Below the pieces are notes generated by a model, which saw only the letters and a program-made list of their open reading frames with translations, did not search any database and had not been told where the DNA came from. The position numbers and the translations under genes are program-made. A stretch of DNA of 64,000 nucleotides from Candidatus Bathyarchaeota archaeon (GTDB lineage Archaea; Thermoproteota; Bathyarchaeia; 40CM-2-53-6), in the NCBI GenBank assembly GCA_963726255.1, contig CAVSBL010000002.1, positions 768,001-832,000 of the forward strand, read 5' to 3'. This document shows positions 1 through 10,369 of this stretch, piece by piece. Every line of letters begins with the position of its first letter. Position 1 is the first letter of the stretch.

Positions 1-51
1 AGAAAGCTGCTGATGGGGAAGCAGGTAGACCTCTTTCATGGAATCATTTGA
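1..51 (+). CDS. cofE: 3' end of a gene entering the window, probably coenzyme F420-0:L-glutamate ligase (partial)
   Basis: Translates RKLLMGKQVDLFHGII*, nearly identical to the end of the CofE-like fragment at 1170-1442 (RKLLIGKQVDLFHNII*). Confidence 0.7.
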   Translation, partial: RKLLMGKQVDLFHGII

Positions 52-122
52 GAACGAGGCTCACGCCGCAATAATAGGTGTATTGAAGTAGATTAGATCA
101 ATACGGGTAATACGCAGAAAGG

Positions 123-1085
123 TTGGGAAGTTTGAGCAATGTTCAAAGTCCTCCGGTCCGGCTCCTGAAGAGACTCGTCAATGTTGCTTTTTTCGGGAAG
201 CGAAAATTCGTTTTTTGGGAAAGTTTGGGGCTGCATGCTACCCCCGTTAATTACTACCAGCCGGTTCCCGATACAAGAAAATTGGCCGCCAGGGTCTGGC
301 CAAAAGCTACGCCGCTTGTGGGGATTGATCTTAATGAAAAGAGACAATTGGAACTTTTGTCCGTGTTTGTTTCAAGATTCAAGCAAGAGTATACTCAATT
401 TCCCATAACGAAGACGGGCAGGCCCAACGAGTATTATGTTGGCAACCCAAACTTTCGTTCTGTTGATGGGGAGATCTTGTATTGCATGATACGTCACTTT
501 AGACCCCGCAAGATAATTGAAGTAGGCTCAGGATTCTCCACCTGCTTGTCTGCCCAGGCTGTTGAAAAGAACCAACAGGAGAAAACGGGTTACGCGTGTG
601 AGTTGACGGCCATTGAACCGTTCCCTAAAGAGTTTTTCAAGAAGGGTTTTCCGGGTCTTGCCCGGCTTATCACTGAGGAAGTGGAAAACATTCCATTATC
701 AGAATTTGAGAGTCTCGGCCGCAATGACATTCTCTTCATAGACTCCAGCCACGTTCTAAGGACGGGGGGTGACATACGCTATCTATACTTGGAAGTCCTG
801 CCCAGACTTCGCAACGGGGTTCTGGTGCATATTCATGATATATTCCTGCCAGAAGACTATCCTCGTTGGTGGGTGCTGAAAGCGAGACGGTTCTGGACTG
901 AACAGTACGTCTTGCAAGCTTTCTTGATATTCAACGAGAGATACGAGGTGTTATGGGCATCGAATTACATGTGCACAAAACATCCCAAGAAAATAGCACG
1001 TTCCTTTCCTTCGTACGAAGTATGTCCGAAAGGCGCAGAGCCACAGATTTACGCCAATAGCCTATGGCTCCGGAGACTCAAGTGA
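123..1085 (+). CDS. Class I SAM-dependent methyltransferase (Methyltransf_24-like), probable glycan O-methyltransferase
   Basis: IIEVGSGFST motif I, ILFIDSSH, VHIHDIF, WTEQY motifs. Confidence 0.85.
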   Translation: MGSLSNVQSPPVRLLKRLVNVAFFGKRKFVFWESLGLHATPVNYYQPVPDTRKLAARVWPKATPLVGIDLNEKRQLELLSVFVSRFKQEYTQFPITKTGRPNEYYVGNPNFRSVDGEILYCMIRHFRPRKIIEVGSGFSTCLSAQAVEKNQQEKTGYACELTAIEPFPKEFFKKGFPGLARLITEEVENIPLSEFESLGRNDILFIDSSHVLRTGGDIRYLYLEVLPRLRNGVLVHIHDIFLPEDYPRWWVLKARRFWTEQYVLQAFLIFNERYEVLWASNYMCTKHPKKIARSFPSYEVCPKGAEPQIYANSLWLRRLK

Positions 1086-1169
1086 ATCGGCGCACAATGT
1101 AGCCTCCTTTAGCTTGTTCGTTGATAGCTGATCGGATTCTGACTAGCGAAACAACAAAAACCTACGCGT

Positions 1170-1442
1170 CAGGTAGAGTTTGCTATAGGGGTGTCAGGCC
1201 TAGAGCCGATCATCGACTACCGCGGGTTGAAGGACATTTTCGGCTACGAGCTGAGGTTCAAGTTCGTAGGGTTAGCTGATGAGGTTGCGGCGGCGGCTGA
1301 ACTGGTTATGGGACAGCGAACTGAACGCACACCCGTAGCGATAATGAGAGGCCTGCCCCGCGTCGAATTGACGGAGGAACCCAGCTTGTCAAGGAAGCTG
1401 TTGATAGGGAAACAGGTGGACCTCTTCCATAACATCATTTGA
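1170..1442 (+). pseudogene. cofE: 5'-truncated fragment of F420-0:gamma-glutamyl ligase (C-terminal ~90 aa only)
   Basis: QVEFAIGVSGLEPIIDYRGLKDIFGYEL...ADEVAAAAELVMGQ...PVAIMRG is the CofE C-terminal signature; no room for the N-terminal part after the stop at 1085. Confidence 0.8.
1392..1442 (+). repeat. Diverged direct repeat of positions 1-51 (cofE 3' end)
   Basis: 42/51 nt identical by manual alignment; 5 of the 7 changed codons are synonymous. Confidence 0.9.
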
Positions 1443-1524
1443 GAGAATTACTTCTTCATCTTGTACTTGTTCGAAAGTGTTTTATTGAGTCGAATGGAGC
1501 CCTCTTCCAAAGCTTGAATGGATT

Positions 1525-1812
1525 ATGAGCGAAGCCACTCCGCCTACGGGCGAGGTCCAGATGGGTGCGGATGACAAGTACCTCGTAGACATTCTCACGC
1601 CGCCCAAAGCGGTTCCGAGCTCGAAGGAATCATTGGAGGCCATCAAGGGAGCCGTCAAGGGCAAAATGCTGGCGAAGATGAAGAAGGAGGCGGTTGACTG
1701 TCCAGTGAAGTTGAAGGTCGTGTCCTTCGTCGAATGCTTCACATGCCCCAACTTCAACAGGCGGGTCCGCGGGAAAGTTGGCTGCAAAGGCCTTCCGCTC
1801 CCAGCCAAGTGA
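1525..1812 (+). CDS. Small Cys-containing hypothetical protein, possible Zn-binding
   Basis: 95 aa ATG ORF with coding-like codon usage; C-x11-CxxC-x12-C arrangement. Confidence 0.65.
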   Translation: MSEATPPTGEVQMGADDKYLVDILTPPKAVPSSKESLEAIKGAVKGKMLAKMKKEAVDCPVKLKVVSFVECFTCPNFNRRVRGKVGCKGLPLPAK

Positions 1813-1890
1813 TAGTTGCCTTCTTCTGTGAGACGTTCTAGCTGTTCGGGTAGATTTGCGCCCCTTCAACGCCTTCTTATTGGTCCCTAG

Positions 1891-1999
1891 TGGTCCCACC
1901 CCTCAATGGGTGGGACCATCCATGTTTTCGCACGCGTTTGGCGGTGGGGTGGTGCCAAATGGTGGCACCCCTCATTGGGTGGATCCGCCCCTCGGGTGG
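1891..1999. repeat. Cluster of GC-rich hairpins and direct repeats
   Basis: Perfect 11-bp inverted repeat TGGTCCCACCC-6nt-GGGTGGGACCA (1891-1918); GGTGCCA-5nt-TGGCACC (1951-1969); CACCCCTCA(A/T)TGGGTGG at 1897 and 1966, with a degenerate third copy at ~1985. Confidence 0.8.
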
Positions 2000-2064
2000 T
2001 GTAGTTTTGTGGGCATAACATGTTACTCCTTCGTAGTCTTCAACGAGCCCAGGCAAGAGTGTGA

Positions 2065-2373
2065 GCAGACGAGCTAGTGGTCGAGGAGATGCTCCGATAC
2101 GCCGAGCTCCTACAATCTCAGACGGCGACAAAGATCGTAGCGGCCCTCGTATGGAAGACCAGGATCGTGAGAGTGCCAGAGAACGTCAGAAAGATCTGCA
2201 AGACCTACATCGAGACGCCCGACAAAGCGGGCATCCTTCACGCAGCCACATGCCTCCAGACAAGTGCAACACTGATCACGAACGACCGACACTTCGACAG
2301 AATACGGAAACAGCGAATCATAGAGGTCTGGACAATCATCGAAGCCATCAACGCCCTCCAGCTTTCGAACTAG
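2065..2373 (+). pseudogene. N-terminally truncated PIN-domain (VapC-like) protein
   Basis: ILHAATCLQTSATLITNDRHF PIN C-terminal motif; the N-terminal DTN strand is missing (in-frame TGA at 2062); the expected Asp before ILHAA reads Gly; no antitoxin upstream. Confidence 0.7.
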
Positions 2374-2464
2374 CGCCTTCTTCGAACATGGTGCGCCGCG
2401 CCTCAAGGCATTTGCGATGTCTACACCAAGCGAGGGTTGCCGACATTGCAACCGCGGTTCAATC

Positions 2465-3250
2465 TTAGCGTCGTAATCCCCCGAACCCGATTCCATAGAA
2501 GCGTACGGGTCTGCGATTCATTTGGCAAGCAAAGTCGGAGAATGCAGAGTTCCAACCCACATCATGCGAAAGAAGGACACCGCCCGCTCTCACTGTACGC
2601 CATGTGGTTTGATACTCGAACATCATGTTGTCGTATGTGTGTTCGCTGTCATGAATGAAAATATCGACCTGGCCTACTTCAGAAAGCACTTTCGGCAAAA
2701 CCTCTGAACTGAGCCCCAAATGTAATTTCCACCGTGCCCTGAGATAATCCGGGACGACAAAACCTGGTTGCTTACCCGGAGGAATCACTGCGACAGCAAC
2801 TCCTGTTCTTGCGTATTCTGGCTCATTCTTCACCAAAACCTCTTCATAGTTGGGCTCGTCGATTGAATGAAGAATGCCGTACGAATTGTCGTTGAGTGCC
2901 TTCAAGATGAAGACCGATGATACACCTGCAGCCACACCAGTTTCCACTACGATTCTAGGCCGGATTAGGCGGCAGACCGCGTAAAGAAAATGCGCGGCTT
3001 CGAACGAAATCTCGCCGCGGTAGTTTCCACCAGTCTCGTTGAGTGCAGCACGAACATGTTCCTCCAATTCGTTCCTACCCTTGATCTGCTTGTAGAATTG
3101 GTATACCGTGCCCATCTTCGCGCCCGCGAGTTGGGCGAGATAATGACACAACACTCCGTCTTCCCCAAGCATCAGACGTAAAGCCGTGTAGCGTGGATTT
3201 CTAAGACCAAAACCAATTGTCGAGAACGTCACTACAAGCCCTGCGATCAT
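2465..3250 (-). CDS. Class I SAM-dependent methyltransferase (Methyltransf_24-like)
   Basis: VVETGVAAGVSS, LHSID, DIFIHDSEHTY, LLSHDV motifs. Confidence 0.85.
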   Translation of the reverse strand: MIAGLVVTFSTIGFGLRNPRYTALRLMLGEDGVLCHYLAQLAGAKMGTVYQFYKQIKGRNELEEHVRAALNETGGNYRGEISFEAAHFLYAVCRLIRPRIVVETGVAAGVSSVFILKALNDNSYGILHSIDEPNYEEVLVKNEPEYARTGVAVAVIPPGKQPGFVVPDYLRARWKLHLGLSSEVLPKVLSEVGQVDIFIHDSEHTYDNMMFEYQTTWRTVRAGGVLLSHDVGWNSAFSDFACQMNRRPVRFYGIGFGGLRR

Positions 3251-3413
3251 TGGATTCTGGGTCCGCCAGAAAATAGGTTTGCCTTCACCCTATTCAGATG
3301 GGTCGGATAGTGTGGCTTGTTGTGACTGATTCCAGTTGTGTGAGTCCCCATAACGGATGGAGTTGCCTGGTCTTGAGCAACGATTCGATAACTCTATCAA
3401 TCATTCTGTTGAG

Positions 3414-4295
3414 CTATGCTACCGAGTCACTCCCGTCGCTCGACCTCCCCGACAGACCGATTACGAGCCCAAGAAAGCTGCAGAGCCAATTGACCGCCCA
3501 GTAGGGAACAAGGCTGAGCCTCCTATACCTCACGGCACAATGGAGGGCCGAATAAAGCGACCAGAAAGGAGAAATCAGTGCTTCATTAGCTCTGTATTTC
3601 TTGAAGCGCGTCGCCCCCCCATAGCGTTCGTAATTGAAGCGTTGCCTGGCGAGTTCGGACAACTCCCGTCTGTGAAGGTGATAGACCACCGCCCGTGCGG
3701 TTGACACTCCGACTACATGTTTGTCTTTAGCAAGGCTGCGGCATAGGTCTCGGTCCTCGCCTGCGCGCATACGTGGGTCAAACGGATGGCTGAGGACGAG
3801 CTCTCGCTTGAACATACCCGCCATGGTCGGAATGAAAATCCTCGGACCGGGGTGGTTGAAGAAACGGCGAAACACTTCATCGATAGACCTTTGCCAATAT
3901 GTTGCGTTCTCTCGGCTCAAGATATGGGCGTGGATACCTGCCCAGCCGTTTTCTTCCAGTTCGGAGCGCATGGCTCTGATGCAACCGCGACCTAGCTCGG
4001 CATCACTGTCGAGAAACATAACGAACTTCCCTCTTGCATTTTCAACACCGAGCTGACGACAATATCCCAGCGAATCTGATGGACTGCGCAGTACCCTAAC
4101 ACCATACTGCATGAGGATACCGAGCGTTTTGTCTGTAGATCGCGTATCTACAGACAAGATCTCCTTCGGTCTCTCCTCGACCACCGACCTTATGCATGCC
4201 TCGATGGTCCGCTGGGAGCTACGGGTGAGAATAACGACGGACACATCGAGATTCTCTTCACTTTGTCCCTGTGCTGCCAACGAAATTTCACCCAT
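3414..4295 (-). CDS. Glycosyltransferase family 2
   Basis: VSVVILT, VDTRSTD, FLDSD (DxD), GEDRDL motifs. Confidence 0.9.
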   Translation of the reverse strand: MGEISLAAQGQSEENLDVSVVILTRSSQRTIEACIRSVVEERPKEILSVDTRSTDKTLGILMQYGVRVLRSPSDSLGYCRQLGVENARGKFVMFLDSDAELGRGCIRAMRSELEENGWAGIHAHILSRENATYWQRSIDEVFRRFFNHPGPRIFIPTMAGMFKRELVLSHPFDPRMRAGEDRDLCRSLAKDKHVVGVSTARAVVYHLHRRELSELARQRFNYERYGGATRFKKYRANEALISPFWSLYSALHCAVRYRRLSLVPYWAVNWLCSFLGLVIGLSGRSSDGSDSVA

Positions 4296-4415
4296 TCTTT
4301 AAACCCGGACCTACGACAAGATGGTCAAGGTTCGAATCGACTAAGTCGAAGATAAGTCGACTGGCGTTAAGTACGCTACATGTTCCCTTAGACAGCGCAT
4401 CAAAGGGCCACCGCG

Positions 4416-6035
4416 CTATTCCGTTCCCGGGCGTAACCCGGCCAGCCTGGCCGCAAGGGCGAGGAGCCGCTGTAAGCGAGCCGGCGTCAAATCGCTCACG
4501 AATTCAAGGTCTCTTCTAGTAAGTAAGTGGAACACGCGTAGTGAACCTAAGTAAATGATGGCACCAACCACGACGACGATAGGGAGCATTGCGAGCTTCA
4601 AGAGGAACGAGTGTGCGAAGCTCAGGGCGAAGAATACGACGACGCCCATAATCGCGGATCCAGCTGCCGCGCTCAGGAAGGCCTTGAGGTCGAATTCGAA
4701 GAAACCCTTCCGGAATAATGCAAAACCGTAGATCACAGTCACCAAGGCCATCAGGGTGGCGCGGCCCATTGCGGGCCCACTCAACCCGAAGATTGGCGTC
4801 AGAAAGTAGGAGACGGCGACCATCCCAACTAAGCCGAGTAGGTTGGCCGCGGTAAACCACCTCAACTCTCCAGCCGCCAACAACGCCCCCGCATACACTG
4901 CTCCGACCGCAGTCAAACCTGTCGCAAGAGAGACAATTACAGAAGGCAACAAGCCGCCCACGTATGCCTGACCGAAGATTCTCAAGGCAACATCTGTAAT
5001 TGAAGCAAAACCAAACGCGACTGGCAGCACTACGATCGACACATACCGAGTGTACGAATATACCATATCACGCATCTCCCGTATCCTCTTCGTTACGTGC
5101 AAGGAGGATAGAGCGGGTAACAGAACGGTCAGCAGGGCGTAGGGGGCGAAGCCGGCGAAACTCGCGGCAACAATGGCCACGTTGTAAATCGCAAGCTCAG
5201 GCAACCCCTGCCGGGCGAGGGTGAAAACCTTGTCAGCCTGATTTACCCCGAAACCAATGAGCGCGCTCAGAAGCGTATAGAGCGAATAACGCACAAGGTC
5301 GGACATGGAGAACCCTGAGCGTCCTCTCCCAGCCTGCAAAGTGCGAATCGATTTCTGGAACGCCAAAACCAGCAATACAGCATCGCCTAGAATCCAACCA
5401 ACAAGCACGCCCGAGATTGCGAACGTGAGCAAGAGGACGGAAGCGAGGGCGTAACGCGCGGCGCTCCAGAGAATAAGGTACAGAGTCGCGCTCTTCATTT
5501 TGCCCAGCGCTATGAGCGCCCCAACGCAGACCTGCCCCACTGATATGATTAGAACGTCGACGCCCGAGAGCCGAACGTAGTTTAGGGAAACTGCTTGTCC
5601 ACCAAGAAACGGAATCATCAGACCGGGGGCAGCGATGAGAACAGCGGCAATAACCCCGCCGATAGCCAGCGAGAAGGCAAGAGAAGCGGTGAAGAGTTTT
5701 CCAGCCCCCGAACGAGCCCTCTTCGTCAGCAGTTCCGGGATAAATTTCAGGACTGCCAATGGTGCTGGGACAGGAGACTGCATTGCTATCGGCTGGGCTA
5801 AGATGCAAACAGTGACCAAGAACCAGATCATGATGTTCAGGGCCGTGACGATTCCGACACCCAGTGTGGAATGAAGGAAGTTTGTTAGTACGAGAAAATA
5901 GAGAGTATTCGCGATGAGCACGACAATGTTCGCAGCGTATAGGGAGGTTGCTCCTCTAGCAACCGACGCTTGAGTTTTCAAATGAACGTCTCCCCGAAAC
6001 AAATCTGCGCGCTTGCTGTTTGAAGCTTCGGCCAC
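4416..6035 (-). CDS. Oligosaccharide flippase (Wzx/MOP superfamily)
   Basis: About 13-14 hydrophobic segments, VARGATSLY start, QADK...AIYNVA, LLPALS motifs. Confidence 0.85.
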   Translation of the reverse strand: MAEASNSKRADLFRGDVHLKTQASVARGATSLYAANIVVLIANTLYFLVLTNFLHSTLGVGIVTALNIMIWFLVTVCILAQPIAMQSPVPAPLAVLKFIPELLTKRARSGAGKLFTASLAFSLAIGGVIAAVLIAAPGLMIPFLGGQAVSLNYVRLSGVDVLIISVGQVCVGALIALGKMKSATLYLILWSAARYALASVLLLTFAISGVLVGWILGDAVLLVLAFQKSIRTLQAGRGRSGFSMSDLVRYSLYTLLSALIGFGVNQADKVFTLARQGLPELAIYNVAIVAASFAGFAPYALLTVLLPALSSLHVTKRIREMRDMVYSYTRYVSIVVLPVAFGFASITDVALRIFGQAYVGGLLPSVIVSLATGLTAVGAVYAGALLAAGELRWFTAANLLGLVGMVAVSYFLTPIFGLSGPAMGRATLMALVTVIYGFALFRKGFFEFDLKAFLSAAAGSAIMGVVVFFALSFAHSFLLKLAMLPIVVVVGAIIYLGSLRVFHLLTRRDLEFVSDLTPARLQRLLALAARLAGLRPGTE

Positions 6036-6145
6036 GCAAAAACAAACTGCGCTATAAGTGGATTCTGGATTACCGGATCAGTGCCGTCAAAGGCTTATTA
6101 CCCCACAATCAATTTGCTTGATGTCGGAGTTTCTGGTGCATTAGA

Positions 6146-6844
6146 TTGAAGGCGGCCATTCTAGCCGGGGGAGCGGGAACCCGCCTCTACCCTATCACCG
6201 CGTATGTGCCTAAAGCCCTGATACCCCTCGGAAGCCGCTATGTTATCGAGTACATAATCGACTACCTGAAACACCATGGCATCAACGAAATTGTGGTGCT
6301 AATTTCACGGAACGAGTATGACCTGCTCCGAAACCACCTGGGCGATGGAACCCGATTCGGCATGAGCATAGAATACTCGGTTGCGGAACGAATCGGGACG
6401 GCAGGAGCTCTTGGCGCGGCCAGCCACCTTCTGAGCGATACATTCGTTGTCTATTATGGTGATGTCCTCACGAACATGGATCTGACATCCATGATTCGAT
6501 TTCATGCTAGCAAGAAAGCCTTCTGCACACTTGCCATGAGCACCTCTGTCCCGATAGAGTACGGAGTAGCCCGCGTCTCCGAAGACGGCAGAGTGACATT
6601 CTTCGAAGAGAAACCTATCTTAAAGGAGTATCCAGTCAGCATGGGAATCTACGTGCTCGACAGGGAGGCCCTGACGTATTGCAAACCCAACACAGACTTT
6701 GCTCAGAATGTGATTCCAAGCCTTCTGGGTGATCGGAAAAGCGTCTTCGCGTACCTCACGAACAAGCGCCACTACGACATCGGCACATTCAAAAACTTGG
6801 AAGAAGTGCGCGAACTAATTGAGCGAAACAAAAGCCTATTCTGA
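6146..6844 (+). CDS. Sugar-1-phosphate nucleotidyltransferase
   Basis: AILAGGAGTRLYPIT...PKAL, GTAGAL, YGDVL, FEEKP, DIGT. Confidence 0.92.
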   Translation: MKAAILAGGAGTRLYPITAYVPKALIPLGSRYVIEYIIDYLKHHGINEIVVLISRNEYDLLRNHLGDGTRFGMSIEYSVAERIGTAGALGAASHLLSDTFVVYYGDVLTNMDLTSMIRFHASKKAFCTLAMSTSVPIEYGVARVSEDGRVTFFEEKPILKEYPVSMGIYVLDREALTYCKPNTDFAQNVIPSLLGDRKSVFAYLTNKRHYDIGTFKNLEEVRELIERNKSLF

Positions 6845-7139
6845 CGCTTGCGCATTGCTAGACCGTACCGACGCTTCAGGCGCAATTTGTCAGTCACCTT
6901 CCCCACGGTTTCATGCCGGTGACACTGGGCAGCTTAGATCGACGATAAACTGCCAAGAGCGGCAAAAGCGCTGAGCGCGACAGTTACACGGAAAAGACCA
7001 TTGGTCGGTGAGATTGAGGCACAGTCATGTTGCGATTCTTTGGCAGAGAACGAACACTACTCAGTGATGAAACTAGCTCGACCGAGAGCGAGTCAGACAG
7101 GAAATTGCAGGCATCAGACGAGGCAAGCGGTGGCTAACT

Positions 7140-8532
7140 TTGAGGTTACCCAGCAGGCGAAGTAAACGCTACCACCCTAGAATATGGGCGTGGGAAAGAA
7201 GAAAAACTCGCCTCGAAATGTGGCTGCGAAAATATCCACCGCTCCATATGATAGCCCATTTGATATGGACCTTTGGCACGGGGACAGTATCTTACTCGCG
7301 AACGCGCCTAAGGATCCTACGCAACAAGAGCCTAAGAGCACTCGATCTCGACAAAACGGTCTGGCTTTCTCCTGGCAGGATAGTCTATTGCTCCTTACGT
7401 GAATTCGACACCCGCGACTTCAGAGGAGCAGTCATCGGAGGAGACTGGGACCGTCTTAAGAAGAGATTTGAAGATTTGGATGTTTATGTCGCACTCAAAC
7501 AGGTCATGACAGAGGGACGAAAGTGGCAAGACACAGTCTATTATCAACGCATTATAAGAGCTCTGAAGGATGGCAGGTTCCTGTGGGGTTGCAGAAGCGA
7601 GAGCGACCTTCAGAATCAATGTATGAAACTCGAAGACTTATTCCAGACAATAAGAAAGAAAGGGTACAAATCCCAGCAGGAGCTGTTACGAACAAATCGA
7701 CTCAGAACCCACCTCGAAACTGATGACGAGGTGACGATAAGCATCGGTCGAAATGGTGATCTGCTGTTTAGCAATAGCGCACACAGACTCTCGATTGCGA
7801 AACTTCTTCGCATCCAGCAGATACCTGTCAAGATAGTTGTTAGACACAAGAAATGGATGTTGTTTAGAGAGGAGTTGCTTCAATTCGCAAGAGACCAAAG
7901 GAGCGGGACTCTCTATCAGCCTCTAACCCACTCTGACCTGATCGATATCCCAGCCTCGCGTTATTCCGAAGATAGGTTCATCATGATCAGGGACAGTATG
8001 CAGGCCAAGAAAGGCTGCCTACTCGACCTAGGAGCGAACTTGGGTTACTTCTGTCATAAATTCGAGGACGAGGGCTTTGATTGTTACGCTGTAGAGAACT
8101 CGCTGAGAGAACTCTATTTCTTGCGAAAGCTGCGGAGGGCGGAGAACAAGAGATTCAAAATCGTAGACAAATCAATATATGATTGGTCGGAAGCCGGCAA
8201 GACATACTTTGACGTGGTTTTAGCACTAAGCATCTTTCACCATGCCCTCAAAACCAAGGAGTCTTATCATCAACTCATTAGCTTGCTCCAAAATCTTCGC
8301 GTCGGAGAAATGTTCTTTGAGCCCCCGCGAGAATGAGTCTCAAATGGAAAACGCATTTAGGAATTTCCCGCCATCTGAATTTGTAAAGTTCATTATGCGA
8401 TTGTCGGGACTTGACAGAACTCAACTGATCGGGCGAACGTCAGACGGCAGAGACCTTTACAGATTGTCCAGGAGGTCAAAACAAGCGATCCCGAGGCAGG
8501 ACGCCACACCAAAGACGTACCGTTCGTCGTAA
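7140..8532 (+). pseudogene. ParB/Srx-like domain + class I methyltransferase fusion, frameshifted near the 3' end
   Basis: GGDWD, IGRNGDLL..SAHRLSIAKLL..IPV..VVRH (ParB-like); LLDLGANLGYF and VLALSIFHH (MTase); +1 shift at the C5 run 8322-8326 continues as RENESQMENAFRNF to 8532. Confidence 0.7.
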
Positions 8533-8700
8533 GACTCTGTTAGCGTCCGGTATTGTGCGATCAAAGGCCTCGGCTCACCAGAACAGAATAGCATTTGCTT
8601 AACAGCTCTCCCTTTTCAAGAAGTATCGTATGAGTCACGGGACGTCGCGTTGAGAAAACTGCGAATATGTCTGCTCTTTCGCGAAGGAACAATTGATTTG

Positions 8701-10212
8701 TTACCTCGTAAGGAAGGCTCCGAGTCGGTCAACGACTCCGGCTAGATTTTCGCTAGCGAAAGCTTTGAAGAGCCTTATGTCTGCACTATTGACTGCATTC
8801 TCAAACCTGAGAACGAGAATGTATACAAACGCTCCTATCAGGACGTATGCTGGCACAAGAAAAACCGACTTCAGCGAGACTTCCATCGCGAAGACGATGA
8901 ATGCCATGATGCCTGCCGCCACTGCAGTTTTCCATATTGTAGCTAAGTCAAACTTCAGGGCAATGCTTCTTCTAACGAACCAAGCAGTGACTACCAAACC
9001 CACGACCATTCCTGATCCGCGTGCGATAGCACTGCCGTTTATTCCTAGGCGCGGTATGAGAACAACTCCGAACATCAAGCTGATGGATACACCTACCAGG
9101 GCGATGAATGCTTGTTGAGCGGGACGATTCAGAGCTACAAGGATTGCACCCAACGAGTAGGAAGACAATGTGGCAAAAAGCAGGATGCTAAGGATCGCCA
9201 AAGCGACCGCTCCCGTCTGGTAAGTTGCCCCGCCCAAAATTCGTAGGATTGTGGGCGCTAACGCGGCTAAACCAAGAGCTAGCGGACTAACGATCAACGC
9301 AATATAACGAGAGGCTGACCAAACTGCGTCTTCCAGCTTCTTGCTGCTCCTCGTAGACAACTTTGAGTAATGGGGGAAGAGAGAGGCCGCGATCGCGCCC
9401 GGGATTGAGGCAAGAATTCCAAAACCGACAAAAGCCACGTTATAAATGCCCAGCGCATAAAGCGGGACGAAAAGGAGGAGTAGTGCTCGATCTACCCACG
9501 TGTACGCAAATCCTACGAAATCACGTGCATAAAGAGGACCTGAAAAACGAAGCAACCTTGTAAGACTGACGTTGGATTTCGTACCTCTTGAGGCTCTGTA
9601 TGCGATTAGATAACCGCCTAAAGCAAACAGAGTGTACCCGGTAGCCCAGCCAGTCATTACGCCTACAAGTCCCCAACCCAACACTACGAGGCCAGTCGCC
9701 AAGATCTGTTGCAAGAAAAAACGTGCAGCGTCCAGCGTCGCCAGTTCTTTGACCTTGCCTCCCCCCATCAGAATGCCGGTAAGGGAATCATAGACACCAG
9801 CCGAAATTACAGCAATTCCCAACACTGCAAACGCTGATGCATACATCATTGTTCCCGAGAAGGATTGAGACAGTTTCGCGCTTAGGAACACCGTGACTGC
9901 GCCGGCTACAAATGAGCAGAGGACTACTAGACGCAACGCCGTCCGGATTAGATAGGCTCCCGTGGAGCGGTCAGATTGGGCGACAAACTTGTTCAACGCA
10001 GAGGGCAAACCTAAGTCAACTACCGTTTGAGAAAGATCAAGGACGAGGAGAAGAATTGCCATGACCCCTACTTCGGTTGGCGTAAGCAGTCTCACAATAA
10101 TCGCGAAGCTGAGAAAGCTGACAATAGTGGTTGCCACGTCATTCATAATGAGATATGAAGCTCCGCGAGCTATTCTTACAGCAGGCAGTTCTTCTAAACT
10201 CGGGCGGTTCAA
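8701..10212 (-). CDS. Second oligosaccharide flippase (Wzx/MOP superfamily)
   Basis: IARGASYL, DLGLPSALNKFVA, WVDRALL, GIYNVA, multiple TM helices. Confidence 0.88.
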   Translation of the reverse strand: MNRPSLEELPAVRIARGASYLIMNDVATTIVSFLSFAIIVRLLTPTEVGVMAILLLVLDLSQTVVDLGLPSALNKFVAQSDRSTGAYLIRTALRLVVLCSFVAGAVTVFLSAKLSQSFSGTMMYASAFAVLGIAVISAGVYDSLTGILMGGGKVKELATLDAARFFLQQILATGLVVLGWGLVGVMTGWATGYTLFALGGYLIAYRASRGTKSNVSLTRLLRFSGPLYARDFVGFAYTWVDRALLLLFVPLYALGIYNVAFVGFGILASIPGAIAASLFPHYSKLSTRSSKKLEDAVWSASRYIALIVSPLALGLAALAPTILRILGGATYQTGAVALAILSILLFATLSSYSLGAILVALNRPAQQAFIALVGVSISLMFGVVLIPRLGINGSAIARGSGMVVGLVVTAWFVRRSIALKFDLATIWKTAVAAGIMAFIVFAMEVSLKSVFLVPAYVLIGAFVYILVLRFENAVNSADIRLFKAFASENLAGVVDRLGAFLTR

Positions 10213-10369
10213 TTTGAGTTCACGTACAGATCCGATGTGTCGTCACGGCTTCCCGGAACGTCTCGTTGAGCTCACTGCGCACTTGGGAGACATCTAGACA
10301 CTAGCTTATCTCCCGCTGAGTATAAATCGGTCGCGGCCTCGGACAGTTCGAGCGAGCGTTTGGATATAA

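Noticed and set aside
1891-1999. Repeats as a mini CRISPR array
   Set aside because: Units are only ~17 nt, degenerate and irregularly spaced, and no cas genes are present
4321-4362. GGTTCGAATC (tRNA T-loop-like) and the palindrome TCGACT-A-AGTCGA
   Set aside because: No cloverleaf or acceptor stem can be built; a single short palindrome is expected by chance, though an operator cannot be excluded
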